Assembly (NCBI GenBank): GCA_964409045.1
Contig: CAYPBU010000002.1
Location: 3,160 to 67,159 of the forward strand
Length of the DNA: 64,000 nucleotides
Origin: an uncultured Anaerolineaceae bacterium
GTDB taxonomy: Bacteria; Chloroflexota; Anaerolineae; Anaerolineales; Anaerolineaceae
Direction: 5' to 3'
The position numbers and the translations under genes are program-made. The notes under the pieces were generated by a model, which did not search any database, was not told the DNA's origin, and saw only the letters and a list, made by a program, of their open reading frames with translations. This document shows positions 9,407 through 18,678 of the stretch, one piece after another (position 1 is the first letter of the stretch; every line of letters begins with the position of its first letter).

Positions 9407-10255
9407 AGCTAGCAGATCAAAGTCATATCATAAGCCATCATAATTTCCCCTTCAGATCAAGATTGCTTTGATTCAATAGTTTGACTACGTTTGTTTAAAT
9501 TCCTCTGTTAATTACTTTGGCCTGATGAATTCAAAAAACGGACAACTGGAAGTTCAGGAGTTTGGTTTTTTTGGTTTCTCCCTTGCAACCTAAAGGTCGT
9601 CGTTGCATAGGCTCCCAGCTACTGATCTTTGAATTCCAGGTCGTCTTAGTTAAGTCGTTTACCCTGTTTCGCGAGGCATGGCAAATACCTCGGCGGGAGT
9701 AACTCCACTCTCTACTAATAATGTACCTTTCCAAAAAGTTTCAAACATTTTCAACCCATCTCCAATGAATCAGAAGAGCCTGGGAAGGGCTAATGCAAGC
9801 TACTCCCAGTTTCCAAAGGTTGAATTGGCTGAAGGGACTGATCATGTTGGCGGAGTGAGCATAGTAGAAATCTTCGCTCTTTGTGATGGCAATCCTCTTA
9901 TCCAGCTAGTCCAAATCCCTACCGTCAAGATCCTGAGTTTTGAGTGAACTGCGAGCACTGGCAAATACCCGCAAGGGGTACTGCGTCGGCTATCTGCCAC
10001 TATAAGGTGAATATTCTATCTACACATCGCGACGGATTTGCTAGCTGCGTTTTGCCATGATTACAAACCATTACTTTTGATAGTAGTAATAGACCTGTCA
10101 AATTAGTCAAATTGGCTATTGGAATTGTTTATGGGTTGACGATCAGAAGACTAACCGATATATTTCTCCTTTGCAGCAGGTTATCGACAAGGATACTTAC
10201 ATAACCGAGAATGAATGTGAATCAACGAATAAGTCATCAGCACCTAATTCTTCGG

Positions 10256-10278
10256 TATAATAGTTGCATAAGGCAACC
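10256..10278 (+). promoter_or_regulatory. -10 box plus candidate MarR operator
   Basis: TATAAT (10256-10261) is immediately followed by AGTTGCAtaagGCAAC (GTTGC-N5-GCAAC, 10262-10278). A near-identical site lies at 16405-16421. Confidence 0.4.
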
Positions 10279-10293
10279 GATTGGCAAAATTTT

Positions 10294-10743
10294 ATGAAGC
10301 AAAATCAACACGCACAAATCGATCACCTTCTTTTCCAGGTGTTACGTACCATCTTTCACTACGAGCGTAGTATTGCCATGGATTACGGGCTGGACTTTCA
10401 GCAGATCTATGCCCTCCAATTTCTGCGCCGGCATCCCAGCGCGCGCCTCACCGAGATTGCAGAAGAAATGGAGCTGCCCAAATTCACCGCCAGCCGCCTG
10501 CTAAACCGGTTGGTGGAAGTAGGGTATTTATCCAAAACCCAAGACCAAACCGACCGCAGGAATTATCACCTTCACCTTGAAGACAAGGGAGAAGGTATCC
10601 TTCAGGATATTGAAACCGCGAGTTATACCCGAATCTCAACCAACATCGAGGGTTTTTCTCCTGAAGAAATTAGTGAGCTCTATGAGGTTGCCGAGCATTT
10701 GCCCAAAGTCTTGGGTGTGACCGAAAAAGTTAAGGGTCACTGA
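10294..10743 (+). CDS. MarR-family transcriptional regulator
   Basis: The winged-helix region 'LTEIAEEMELPKFTASRLLNRLVEVGYLSKTQDQTDRRNYHLHLEDKG' is typical of MarR. I prefer the ATG at 10294 to the TTG at 10264, which lies inside the operator. Confidence 0.85.
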   Translation: MKQNQHAQIDHLLFQVLRTIFHYERSIAMDYGLDFQQIYALQFLRRHPSARLTEIAEEMELPKFTASRLLNRLVEVGYLSKTQDQTDRRNYHLHLEDKGEGILQDIETASYTRISTNIEGFSPEEISELYEVAEHLPKVLGVTEKVKGH

Positions 10744-10768
10744 TGCAAAGTAACTCAAGGAGTTTTCA

Positions 10769-12754
10769 TTGAAATCGTACACGGGAAAAGTATTATGGGT
10801 TGATCTGACTCAGAATTCATTTACAGAAGAACTGATTCCAGATTCGATATATCGGAAATATCTTGCAGGGATTGGTTTGGGTGCTGCGCTACTGTATCGG
10901 GAAATTCCTGCCGGTGCTGATCCTCTCGGACCAGACAATATCCTGGGATTTGTCTCTGGCTTGCTCACCGGAACAGGCAGTTTGTTCTCGGGGCGCTGGA
11001 TGGCAGTCGGAAAATCCCCTCTCACAGGCACCTGGGGTGACTCTAACTGCGGCGGCACGCTCTCTTATGCCATCAAGCAGAGCGGGTATGATGGCATTTT
11101 CTTTAAAGGCATCAGCGCAAAACCAGTTTACCTATTTATCGACCACCAAGGGCCATCTTTGCGTGACGCAACACACCTTTGGGGGAAAGACGCAGTCGAA
11201 ACTGAAGACCTGCTTCGAACCGAATACAGCGGGAAGCGAAAGCCCGCCATTGCAACGATCGGACAAGCTGGAGAGAATTGCTCGCTTATTTCGGGAATTG
11301 TCAACGATCGAGGTCGCCTGGCCGCTCGTTCCGGGCTTGGTGCGGTCATGGGATCGAAGAATCTAAAAGCCGTTGTTTTGATCGGTTCAAAGAGAGTGGC
11401 TGCACACAACCCGGTACAAATGAGATTATTGTCGGTGCGCTGCTCGAGAGATATCAAAGTACCCATGAAACCAATCCCTTCCGCATTCCTTTCAGCCTTC
11501 GGATGGATTCTGGGTAAACTCCCTGTTGGTTTCAAGATACCAGGTTTCATTATGGGAGGAATCCTGTCCAAATGGGGCACCATCGGCACTTTCCCTGCCT
11601 CGGTGATGATGGGTGATACACCGTTTAAGAATTGGGTTGGTACCAATCGCGACATGCCCAATATCAATAAAAAAATTGATCCAGATAAGATCATCACTGC
11701 GCAAAAACGCAAATACCACTGTCATGGCTGCCCAATTGGCTGCGGTGGAATCGTGGAGATGCCCGACAAGAAACAAGAGACGCATAAGCTCGAATATGAA
11801 ACCACGGCTTCGTTCTCCACTATGCTGCTTAACGAGGACTTGGATCTGGTCTACGAATTGAATGAAATGCTCAACCGCGCTGGTATGGATACAATTTCTG
11901 CTGGCGGGGCAGTAGCCTTTGCCATGGAATGCTTTGAAAAAGGGTGGATCACCAAAGAGGACACCGGCGGTATTGAGTTGACATGGGGGAACGCCGCTGC
12001 CATTCGCGCGGTGGTCGAACAGATGATCACCCGAGAAGGGTTTGGAGCAGTCCTCGCGGATGGCGTAAAAAAGGCGGCAGAAAAACTCGGATCTCATACG
12101 CTGGACTCAGCCATCCACGCAGGTGGACAGGAAATTGCCTACCACGACCCGCGCCTCGACCCTGGGATGGGATTGCATGCCAGCGTCGATCCAACCCCCG
12201 GACGCCATACGACTGGCGCCCAGCTGTATTACGGCATGTTCAAGCTCTGGACGCGTGTTCCCGGGCTGCCGCGGTCTGCCCAGTTCTATAATAAAGATAC
12301 CCGTTATCTGCCCGGAAATGGTAGAACCGAAGGTGCTATTGCCGTTTCAGAATTCACTCAATTCTACAACTCCATCGGAGCATGTTACATGGGCATGTTG
12401 ATTGGCGTGGATCGGGTGCCGGTCTTCGAATGGACCAACGCAGCCACCGGTTGGGATTTGGACCCTGCGGAATATATGCGTATCGGGCGGCGCATCCAGA
12501 CCCTGCGGCAGATGTTCAATATTCGCGAGGGGATTGACCCACGGAAGATTAAGATCAGCAAACGGCTGACTGGCGACCCGCCGCAAGACACCGGCCCCAA
12601 CAGTGGGGTGAAATATGATATCGACGTTTTAATCCAAGCCTATTGGAAAGCAATTGGTTGGGATCCTGAGACAGGTGTACCGACACAAGAGACGCTGGAT
12701 GCGCTCGAGATGAGCGATGTGCTATTACCAGAATCGCAAGGGGTAGGTCTATGA
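10769..12754 (+). CDS. Aldehyde:ferredoxin oxidoreductase family (tungstopterin enzyme)
   Basis: The N-terminus 'GKVLWVDLTQNSFTEELIP..YLAGIGLGAALLY' is AOR-like and the Cys cluster 'CHGCPIGCGG' is present. It is 661 aa and the next gene encodes a ferredoxin. Confidence 0.9.
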   Translation: MKSYTGKVLWVDLTQNSFTEELIPDSIYRKYLAGIGLGAALLYREIPAGADPLGPDNILGFVSGLLTGTGSLFSGRWMAVGKSPLTGTWGDSNCGGTLSYAIKQSGYDGIFFKGISAKPVYLFIDHQGPSLRDATHLWGKDAVETEDLLRTEYSGKRKPAIATIGQAGENCSLISGIVNDRGRLAARSGLGAVMGSKNLKAVVLIGSKRVAAHNPVQMRLLSVRCSRDIKVPMKPIPSAFLSAFGWILGKLPVGFKIPGFIMGGILSKWGTIGTFPASVMMGDTPFKNWVGTNRDMPNINKKIDPDKIITAQKRKYHCHGCPIGCGGIVEMPDKKQETHKLEYETTASFSTMLLNEDLDLVYELNEMLNRAGMDTISAGGAVAFAMECFEKGWITKEDTGGIELTWGNAAAIRAVVEQMITREGFGAVLADGVKKAAEKLGSHTLDSAIHAGGQEIAYHDPRLDPGMGLHASVDPTPGRHTTGAQLYYGMFKLWTRVPGLPRSAQFYNKDTRYLPGNGRTEGAIAVSEFTQFYNSIGACYMGMLIGVDRVPVFEWTNAATGWDLDPAEYMRIGRRIQTLRQMFNIREGIDPRKIKISKRLTGDPPQDTGPNSGVKYDIDVLIQAYWKAIGWDPETGVPTQETLDALEMSDVLLPESQGVGL

Positions 12755-13194
12755 GCTATTCCATCCAAAACATGTGCAAGGGATGCACTGCCTGTGCAAG
12801 GGTTTGCCCGGTGAATGCCATTAGCGGAGTACGCAACCAGGTGCACCATATCAACGCCAACATCTGTATCGAGTGTGGTACCTGCGGGAGAGTTTGTAAC
12901 TTCCAGTCCGTTTTCGATGCTGCAGGCAATCTACAGCAGCCGCTTAAGCGCTCTTTATGGCTGAAACCGTCCGTCGATGCTAAAAAATGCGTCTCATGCG
13001 GTCTTTGCGTGCAGGAATGCCCCACGGGGGCGATGGAATTTGAGCCGCTAACCAACCATTATGGCGACACGATTGCCTGCCTGGGGGATCCCAAGATTTG
13101 CATCGGGTGTTCTTTCTGTCAGACGATCTGCCCGGTGGGGGCAATCACTATGATTTCTTTTCTTCCCAGTTCGAAGGCCGAAAAAAGTAATTGA
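12751..13194 (+). CDS. 4Fe-4S ferredoxin (multi-cluster)
   Basis: It carries four CxxCxxCxxxCP-type motifs: 'CKGCTACARVCP', 'CIECGTCGRVC', 'CVSCGLCVQECP' and 'CIGCSFCQTICP'. It overlaps the AOR stop. Confidence 0.85.
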   Translation: MSYSIQNMCKGCTACARVCPVNAISGVRNQVHHINANICIECGTCGRVCNFQSVFDAAGNLQQPLKRSLWLKPSVDAKKCVSCGLCVQECPTGAMEFEPLTNHYGDTIACLGDPKICIGCSFCQTICPVGAITMISFLPSSKAEKSN

Positions 13195-14871
13195 ATGGAG
13201 AGTAAGATGGAACCAGGTGCACGAAGCGTTGTCGTCATAAGCCATGCTAAGGACATCGATTTTACTCGTGACTATGTATCACTCCCCCGTGAATATGGAT
13301 CACTTGCCTATGATGAACGGGAGGATGTGAAGGCAATCAAGGCAGTTGTGCGAGAAAATCTTGAGAATTTGGACGCTGAAATTCACTTCACAGAAAAACT
13401 CCGGGACCGCAAAGTTATCATTAAGCCGAACCTGGTCACCGTATTTCACGATTTGGGAATGCGAGAACGCGATTATCCCGAATCGACTGATCCACGGGTA
13501 ATTGATGCAGTGATCGAATTCCTGCAGCAGTTCACCAACCACATCACCATTGTTGAATCCTCCGGTCGTGGAATGCCAACACAGGCTTCCTTCCACGTGG
13601 CAGGTCTGGACCGACTGGCAAAACACCGCAAGGTCAATTTGATCGCGTTGGAGGAGGAGCCCACCGACCGCTACCTGCTGCCGCGAGCGCGAGTGATGCG
13701 AGAGATCGTCATCCCCCGCATTTTTTCGGAAGTGGTCAGAGGTGAAGCCTTTTACATTTCCATGCCCAAGATGAAAACCAACCTGTACACCGGTGTGACG
13801 CTAGGCTTTAAGAATGCCATGGGCACAATCGCCTACAACCTGCGCCAGCGTAATCATAATCACGCCATCAATCAAAAACTGGTGGATATGCTGCACTTGT
13901 TCAAGGCGGATCTCGTGATCATTGATGGGATTGTGGGTGGAGAGGGTAATTGCCCTGCTCCTGTAGACCCGGTGCAAAGCAAGGTCATCATTAGCGGCAA
14001 CCAAAGCGTGGAAACAGACCGGGTTGCCACGCGCATGATGGGTTTTGATCCTGAAACCATCCCCCTGATGCGTATTGCTGCTGCAGACGGATTCAACGAT
14101 CCCGATGTGAAGATCATTGGGGAACAAAAGGTGACACCCTACCGCCCGGCTGATCCATCATTGCTCGGTGGGTGGATGAAAGAGAACTTTCCAAATGTAA
14201 GGGTCCTGATCGGACACAGCAAACCCGGCGCGCCTATCCTGGATCAGTGTACTAGCTGTGATGAAAAACAGTTAGGCGAGCTTGAAAATGTCTGCCGTGG
14301 TGGCTGCCTGGCAACCACGCGGTATGCCTTCGATATGCTATTTTATGAGGGCAAGAAACGTGACTTTAAATTGACATTGATCCTGGGAGCTGGCGTAAAG
14401 AACAATGGCAGTGTGTTGTATTATGACGGGTATGGAAAGCCTTACTCCTTGGCTGATATTGCTGCATTAGAAGGGAAGAAGTTGGCTATCGGGACTTGCT
14501 CGCGTCCCCTAAAGGAAATTGTGGATAGTCATGTTGATGGTTGTATGCCCTTCCCCAATTCGCCTCACATGGTCATCCATCAGATGAGTGGGACGATGTG
14601 TTCTGTGATTTCCCCGCGCAACCGGTATCTTCTCCCCGCGCTGTTCGCCACTCTGCGGGCTTGTGAGCGGCGCAAAGCCTTGCTGCGTTCGGGTCAGCGC
14701 ATCGATATTCCCCTGCACCACGAAGACATGGTATATAAAACCCGTGAGTTAACAGAAGAGGAAATGAACCTGCCGTATATCTATGAACCATTCGATCCGC
14801 TCACATCCACCGAAATAAAAAGGTTGTGTGCCTCGGAAAATCGAAGTATTCTTGCGACATTCCTTCCGTAA
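13195..14871 (+). CDS. DUF362-domain protein with a Cys-rich C-terminal extension
   Basis: The DUF362 core contains 'KVIIKPNLV'. The extra Cys motif 'CTSCDEKQLGELENVCRGGC' follows. The ATG directly abuts the ferredoxin stop. Confidence 0.7.
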   Translation: MESKMEPGARSVVVISHAKDIDFTRDYVSLPREYGSLAYDEREDVKAIKAVVRENLENLDAEIHFTEKLRDRKVIIKPNLVTVFHDLGMRERDYPESTDPRVIDAVIEFLQQFTNHITIVESSGRGMPTQASFHVAGLDRLAKHRKVNLIALEEEPTDRYLLPRARVMREIVIPRIFSEVVRGEAFYISMPKMKTNLYTGVTLGFKNAMGTIAYNLRQRNHNHAINQKLVDMLHLFKADLVIIDGIVGGEGNCPAPVDPVQSKVIISGNQSVETDRVATRMMGFDPETIPLMRIAAADGFNDPDVKIIGEQKVTPYRPADPSLLGGWMKENFPNVRVLIGHSKPGAPILDQCTSCDEKQLGELENVCRGGCLATTRYAFDMLFYEGKKRDFKLTLILGAGVKNNGSVLYYDGYGKPYSLADIAALEGKKLAIGTCSRPLKEIVDSHVDGCMPFPNSPHMVIHQMSGTMCSVISPRNRYLLPALFATLRACERRKALLRSGQRIDIPLHHEDMVYKTRELTEEEMNLPYIYEPFDPLTSTEIKRLCASENRSILATFLP

Positions 14872-14884
14872 GAGGAGCTGATTG

Positions 14885-15154
14885 ATGCAGAACTCAAAAG
14901 TGTTTTGGATCATCCTGATGTCATTTGCCCTGGGCCTCTATCTTTTGGGATTGGGATTGTGGATCTTTTCTTCTGTACGCTGGCTGGGTGCGGGTCTTGT
15001 TCTCGGCATCCTGTTCCTGCATATCTGCGAACTCAAAACCGCATTGCAGATTGGGCGAGAAAAGAACCTTCCTGACGCTCGTATTTGGTTAATGGACTTG
15101 GTTTTCGGGTTTACCTGGTGGCTACCGCTTAAGAAGGGTGTATTTATTTCATAA
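14885..15154 (+). CDS. Small membrane protein (2-3 TM), unknown function
   Basis: 89-90 aa, hydrophobic ('VFWIILMSFALGLYLLGLGLWIF'), and the last gene before a strong terminator. Confidence 0.5.
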   Translation: MQNSKVFWIILMSFALGLYLLGLGLWIFSSVRWLGAGLVLGILFLHICELKTALQIGREKNLPDARIWLMDLVFGFTWWLPLKKGVFIS

Positions 15155-15173
15155 CAAAGTCCATAATTGGGTA

Positions 15174-15214
15174 GAAAAAAAGGTCTGGAGAAGTACTATC
15201 TCCAGACCTTTTTT
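15174..15214. terminator. Bidirectional rho-independent terminator
   Basis: An 11-bp perfect stem (AGGTCTGGAGA 15181-15191 / TCTCCAGACCT 15199-15209) is flanked by an A-run upstream and a T-run downstream. It lies between convergent genes. Confidence 0.75.
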
Positions 15215-15233
15215 GTTTATTCCCAATTATTTA

Positions 15234-16349
15234 CTAGTCGTATTCACCATACTCGCAACCGCCCAGCTCGCCGTCGAAATCACCAATCTTTTGATAATTT
15301 CCATTGATCTTGCGGTAAAGCGTGACGGAACCTTTTGCGTAACCACCGTTCCAAAGTTGGTTATGACGCTTAAGTCCGTCCGGGTTTTCATAATTGACAT
15401 TCAACATAGTATCCCGCGGGCAGGAGAAATGAATCTCAATCTTGCCCTTCTTGTTCCATGCTGTAATATTCCACTCAACTTTTTCATCGGTAACCGGGCA
15501 ATCGAAGACCTGGTGGGGTCCAGTCCAAACCTTTGAGAAGTTGAACTCGAATAACTCACCTTCATGGTAAAAGGCAATTAGAAGCCTTCTTGGAAGGGAA
15601 ACGCCGAATACCACCGGCTGAGCGCCGCCGACATCCAGGCTGGTTCGGGACAATGTCTTGCCAGTGGCGCGGTCGGTAAAATTATTGCAGTTCAGCCACA
15701 CCCATGGGCTGGTGTAATCGGATCCCCAGTTCTTATCCTGGTATCCAGCGCTGGTATCTGGTTCGACTCTGAATACCTCACCATTGAAAACTATTTTCCC
15801 TTCATAACGCGTACGCATACCGGCGGCGTGCCAGTACATCTGGAATGCGTTGATATTTCGGAAGAATGGCGACGTGCCAAATCCAACACTGTAAGGAAGA
15901 ATCTTGTCTGCTTTCAGATCCCAACTCATCTCACCAGCATCAGACATGTACTCAGGGTGTGCTCTTGCCTCATCGGCACTCAACTTAACCGATCCGACCA
16001 GGTGAGACTCTGTGGCGAGATGATCGCCGATGTGAACATCCATTTTCATTGGATTTGCTGAGAACTTTGAGATTGGATAGAGATTATGAATTTGCGTGGC
16101 TACTTCTTTTCCCCAACAACCTGCCTTGAGCATTGCATAAGAAGGCTTGATGCCTTTGGCGCGGTTTTCAGGAAGCTGTCCGGGGATGACTGTTTCACCA
16201 CCTAATGCGGGGTTGATGACATAATATTCAATAAAAAACGGGCGTTTCTCACCGGTTTTTTCGTTCACCCCTACCAGGGAATGCCACCACCAGTCGTAGC
16301 CTCGTTTTGCGCTAGCTCCTTTGAGCATATAGCCATTACGGTCGTCCAT
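15234..16349 (-). CDS. Hypothetical protein, possibly CrtC/AttH-like beta-barrel superfamily (weak)
   Basis: A 371-aa ORF with the RBS AGGAGG upstream. The 'GYDWWWHS' motif is reminiscent of the 'WWY' motif of the CrtC/AttH/tocopherol-cyclase-like families. The function is not supported beyond that. Confidence 0.6.
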   Translation of the reverse strand: MDDRNGYMLKGASAKRGYDWWWHSLVGVNEKTGEKRPFFIEYYVINPALGGETVIPGQLPENRAKGIKPSYAMLKAGCWGKEVATQIHNLYPISKFSANPMKMDVHIGDHLATESHLVGSVKLSADEARAHPEYMSDAGEMSWDLKADKILPYSVGFGTSPFFRNINAFQMYWHAAGMRTRYEGKIVFNGEVFRVEPDTSAGYQDKNWGSDYTSPWVWLNCNNFTDRATGKTLSRTSLDVGGAQPVVFGVSLPRRLLIAFYHEGELFEFNFSKVWTGPHQVFDCPVTDEKVEWNITAWNKKGKIEIHFSCPRDTMLNVNYENPDGLKRHNQLWNGGYAKGSVTLYRKINGNYQKIGDFDGELGGCEYGEYD

Positions 16350-16404
16350 AATCTTCCTCCTTTATATATGAATGTTTTTGCGGATAAGAAAATTGTATCA
16401 TATA

Positions 16405-16421
16405 AGTTGCAGTATGCAACT
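16405..16421. promoter_or_regulatory. Candidate MarR-type operator upstream of the 15234-16349 gene
   Basis: AGTTGCAgtaTGCAACT is a 7-bp inverted repeat with a 3-nt spacer. It matches the site at 10262-10278 at 13 of 17 positions. Confidence 0.35.
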
Positions 16422-16505
16422 AAAATTGAGACTAATTTGATCCTCTGCGATCACTACGCGGCATCCTTTGAAGGCCAGGAAAATTGAAAGCACACCCGGT
16501 AACAT

Positions 16506-16537
16506 AGAAAAAAACTGGGCAGCCATGGCTGCCCAGT
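16506..16537 (-). terminator. Rho-independent terminator after the SDR gene
   Basis: A perfect 10-bp stem (ACTGGGCAGC / GCTGCCCAGT, 16514-16537) has a CATG loop. The A-run on the plus strand gives a U-run on the minus-strand transcript. Confidence 0.7.
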
Positions 16538-17325
16538 TATGAAATTCTGATTCCTCTTTTGCTTAACATGCGGGTGCACATCATGCCACCATCCACGTGC
16601 AAAGTTTCGCCGTGGATATAGCAGGCTGCATCACTTGCGAGGAACAATATCGCAGCGGCAATGTTATCCGGTTCACCGATGCGCCTCAGCGGAATCTTTT
16701 CCAAGAAGTATTGCGCTTGATCTTCGTCGCCCAACATATTATGGGTCAACCCGGTCAGTACCATACCTGGTGCGACAGCATTGACATTGATGTTGTAGCC
16801 CGAGCAGTCCACCGCAATGCCCTGGGTCATCATCTTGGCTGCGCCCTTGCTGGTGTTGTAGATCGACTGTCCCTGGCCGGCTACTTCTCCCATGATGGAA
16901 GTGATGTTCACGATCTTCCCGTAATCATTGTCCATCATTGTTGGCAGCACTGCCCGGCTGAAGAAGAAAATGCCGCGCACGTTGATTTCCATCACCCGGT
17001 CATATTCATCATTTTCAATCATGGCAAATGGCAGGAATTGACCTGTGCCGGCATTATTGACCAGGATATCGATGGTCCCGTATCGCTCGAGTGTAGCATT
17101 GATACAGGCTTCCACTTCCTCCTGCGAGCGTACATTCACTTTCCTGATCAGGCATTCTCCCCCGGCATCTTTTATCAGACTCTCCGTCTGGGCAAGGCCT
17201 TCCATGTTCACATCACAGATCGTCAGTTTCGCGCCTTCGCGGGCAAATTGCACTGCCGCAGCCTGGCCAATCCCAGAGGCTGCTCCTGTCACGATGGCTA
17301 CCTTGTTTTCAAATCGCTTGCACAT
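16537..17325 (-). CDS. SDR-family oxidoreductase (FabG-like)
   Basis: 'VAIVTGAASGIGQA' is the TGxxxGxG motif and 'YNTSKGAAKMM' is the YxxxK motif. 262 aa. Confidence 0.9.
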   Translation of the reverse strand: MCKRFENKVAIVTGAASGIGQAAAVQFAREGAKLTICDVNMEGLAQTESLIKDAGGECLIRKVNVRSQEEVEACINATLERYGTIDILVNNAGTGQFLPFAMIENDEYDRVMEINVRGIFFFSRAVLPTMMDNDYGKIVNITSIMGEVAGQGQSIYNTSKGAAKMMTQGIAVDCSGYNINVNAVAPGMVLTGLTHNMLGDEDQAQYFLEKIPLRRIGEPDNIAAAILFLASDAACYIHGETLHVDGGMMCTRMLSKRGIRIS

Positions 17326-17340
17326 AAATCCTCCAAAGAA

Positions 17341-18678
17341 TTATTCTAGAACTGAGGCGATTGAGTTAACAACCGCTTGCACGATGTGTTTCCGGTAAGG
17401 GCCAACAGGGGTGCCGGCATAGATGCCGGTGGTCTTGTTTTCGTGGAAGGTGCGAACCAGAGGTTTTTCCCAATCCGGGTAAGGCACCGGCTGGTTCTTG
17501 TCGTATTCACGAAAGGCACAGAACTTTTTCATCGCGTGGAAGATCATCAGGTCGGTGTTTTCGGCTGGAAATTCCGTTGGGAGTTCGAGCGCATAATCAA
17601 ACTGTTCATCGATAGCCTTGCGGTAGGCGTTTTGCGTCTCGATTTTCAGACCCTTCTTATCCCAGTACTCGTCGGCATATTCATCCGATGTCCAGATTAG
17701 CTCCCACTTGCCCCCCCAGTCTGCCATGATCCTACGCACACCATCTTCCAACGGGTTGCAATACAAGTGTTTACGGGAGTCCTGGGTCTCTTTCTTGAAT
17801 GGATGCCCATGCCTTGAGAGGATCACCAACACACTTGCACCAGGTTTCAGCGTCTTCAATTGGTCGCGTAAGATCTGGAGGTAAGCCTCCCGGTATTCCT
17901 GCTGATTGCCTAATTGGTCAGCCATGATAACCTGCGCCCTGCCTGCAGTCAGCCTGTGGACCATGGGTAAAGAATATCCATAGTCCTCAAAATCCGTATA
18001 GAGTGGGCAATTCATACTCTGGTAAACAATGGTCTGGCATCCAGCAGCCAGCAGTTCTTCCACTGCCTGGCGCATGGTTTCGGGTTTCATGTAGTACGCT
18101 GAACGGAATTCAGCTTGCGGATAACGCGCCTTCAATTGCTCGCAAGCTTCCTCATAGACTTTATGAAGCTGGCTGGACCAGGAAACCCGCTTTTCCGGGA
18201 TAAGCTTGCCGTAATACCAGCCCGAAATTTTCGCACCAACCTTATCGCACACGTCCGGATAACCGTTGGGTCCATCTCCGGTGTACAAAAAGTAACCATG
18301 ATCCCAGGGGTTCTTCAGGTTGGCTGATTTCCAGGTGACCTCGCATTCCACGTAGGGCACTCCAGCCTTATTGGTAGCCGAGCCGAGAGAGTCCACCAGT
18401 TGTTTCGGCGTGAAAACCTCCCGTGCCAGTGGGTTATCTGGGTCGATCAGGCCAATGCCTTTGTCTGCCATTACCATTGGCTTGATAAAAGGTGGAAGCA
18501 CATAACCAAAAACGTGGGCCATGAAGTAACTGTAGAAAGGTAACTCATATTCCTCGGGCATGCCCATTTCAGCGATGATCACTCCGGGTTTGCCGCTCGC
18601 TTTTTCTGCCTGGCCTTTAAACAAGACTTCATAGCCGTATTGCTTTCCGAAACGTAGCCGATCTATAAACTCACTCAT
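17341..18678 (-). CDS. Hypothetical protein (445 aa), unknown function
   Basis: A long ORF with native composition, tightly packed between the SDR gene and a membrane-protein gene. 'VLVILSRHGHPF' is faintly chelatase-like, but I cannot support a family call. Confidence 0.7.
   Translation of the reverse strand: MSEFIDRLRFGKQYGYEVLFKGQAEKASGKPGVIIAEMGMPEEYELPFYSYFMAHVFGYVLPPFIKPMVMADKGIGLIDPDNPLAREVFTPKQLVDSLGSATNKAGVPYVECEVTWKSANLKNPWDHGYFLYTGDGPNGYPDVCDKVGAKISGWYYGKLIPEKRVSWSSQLHKVYEEACEQLKARYPQAEFRSAYYMKPETMRQAVEELLAAGCQTIVYQSMNCPLYTDFEDYGYSLPMVHRLTAGRAQVIMADQLGNQQEYREAYLQILRDQLKTLKPGASVLVILSRHGHPFKKETQDSRKHLYCNPLEDGVRRIMADWGGKWELIWTSDEYADEYWDKKGLKIETQNAYRKAIDEQFDYALELPTEFPAENTDLMIFHAMKKFCAFREYDKNQPVPYPDWEKPLVRTFHENKTTGIYAGTPVGPYRKHIVQAVVNSIASVLE

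Noticed and set aside
9678-9947. 89-aa plus-strand ORF in the island's right flank (and 9531-9734 on the minus strand)
   Set aside because: There is no RBS, no motif and an odd composition. The ORF is bounded by the 19-nt imperfect repeats. I treated it as non-coding or decayed DNA rather than a gene.
15138-15536. 132-aa plus-strand ORF
   Set aside because: It runs through the bidirectional terminator and antisense into the 15234-16349 gene, so it is not plausible as a gene.
16597-17349. 250-aa plus-strand ORF
   Set aside because: It is fully antisense to the SDR gene, which has unambiguous TGxxxGxG and YxxxK motifs. It is a shadow ORF of a GC-rich gene.
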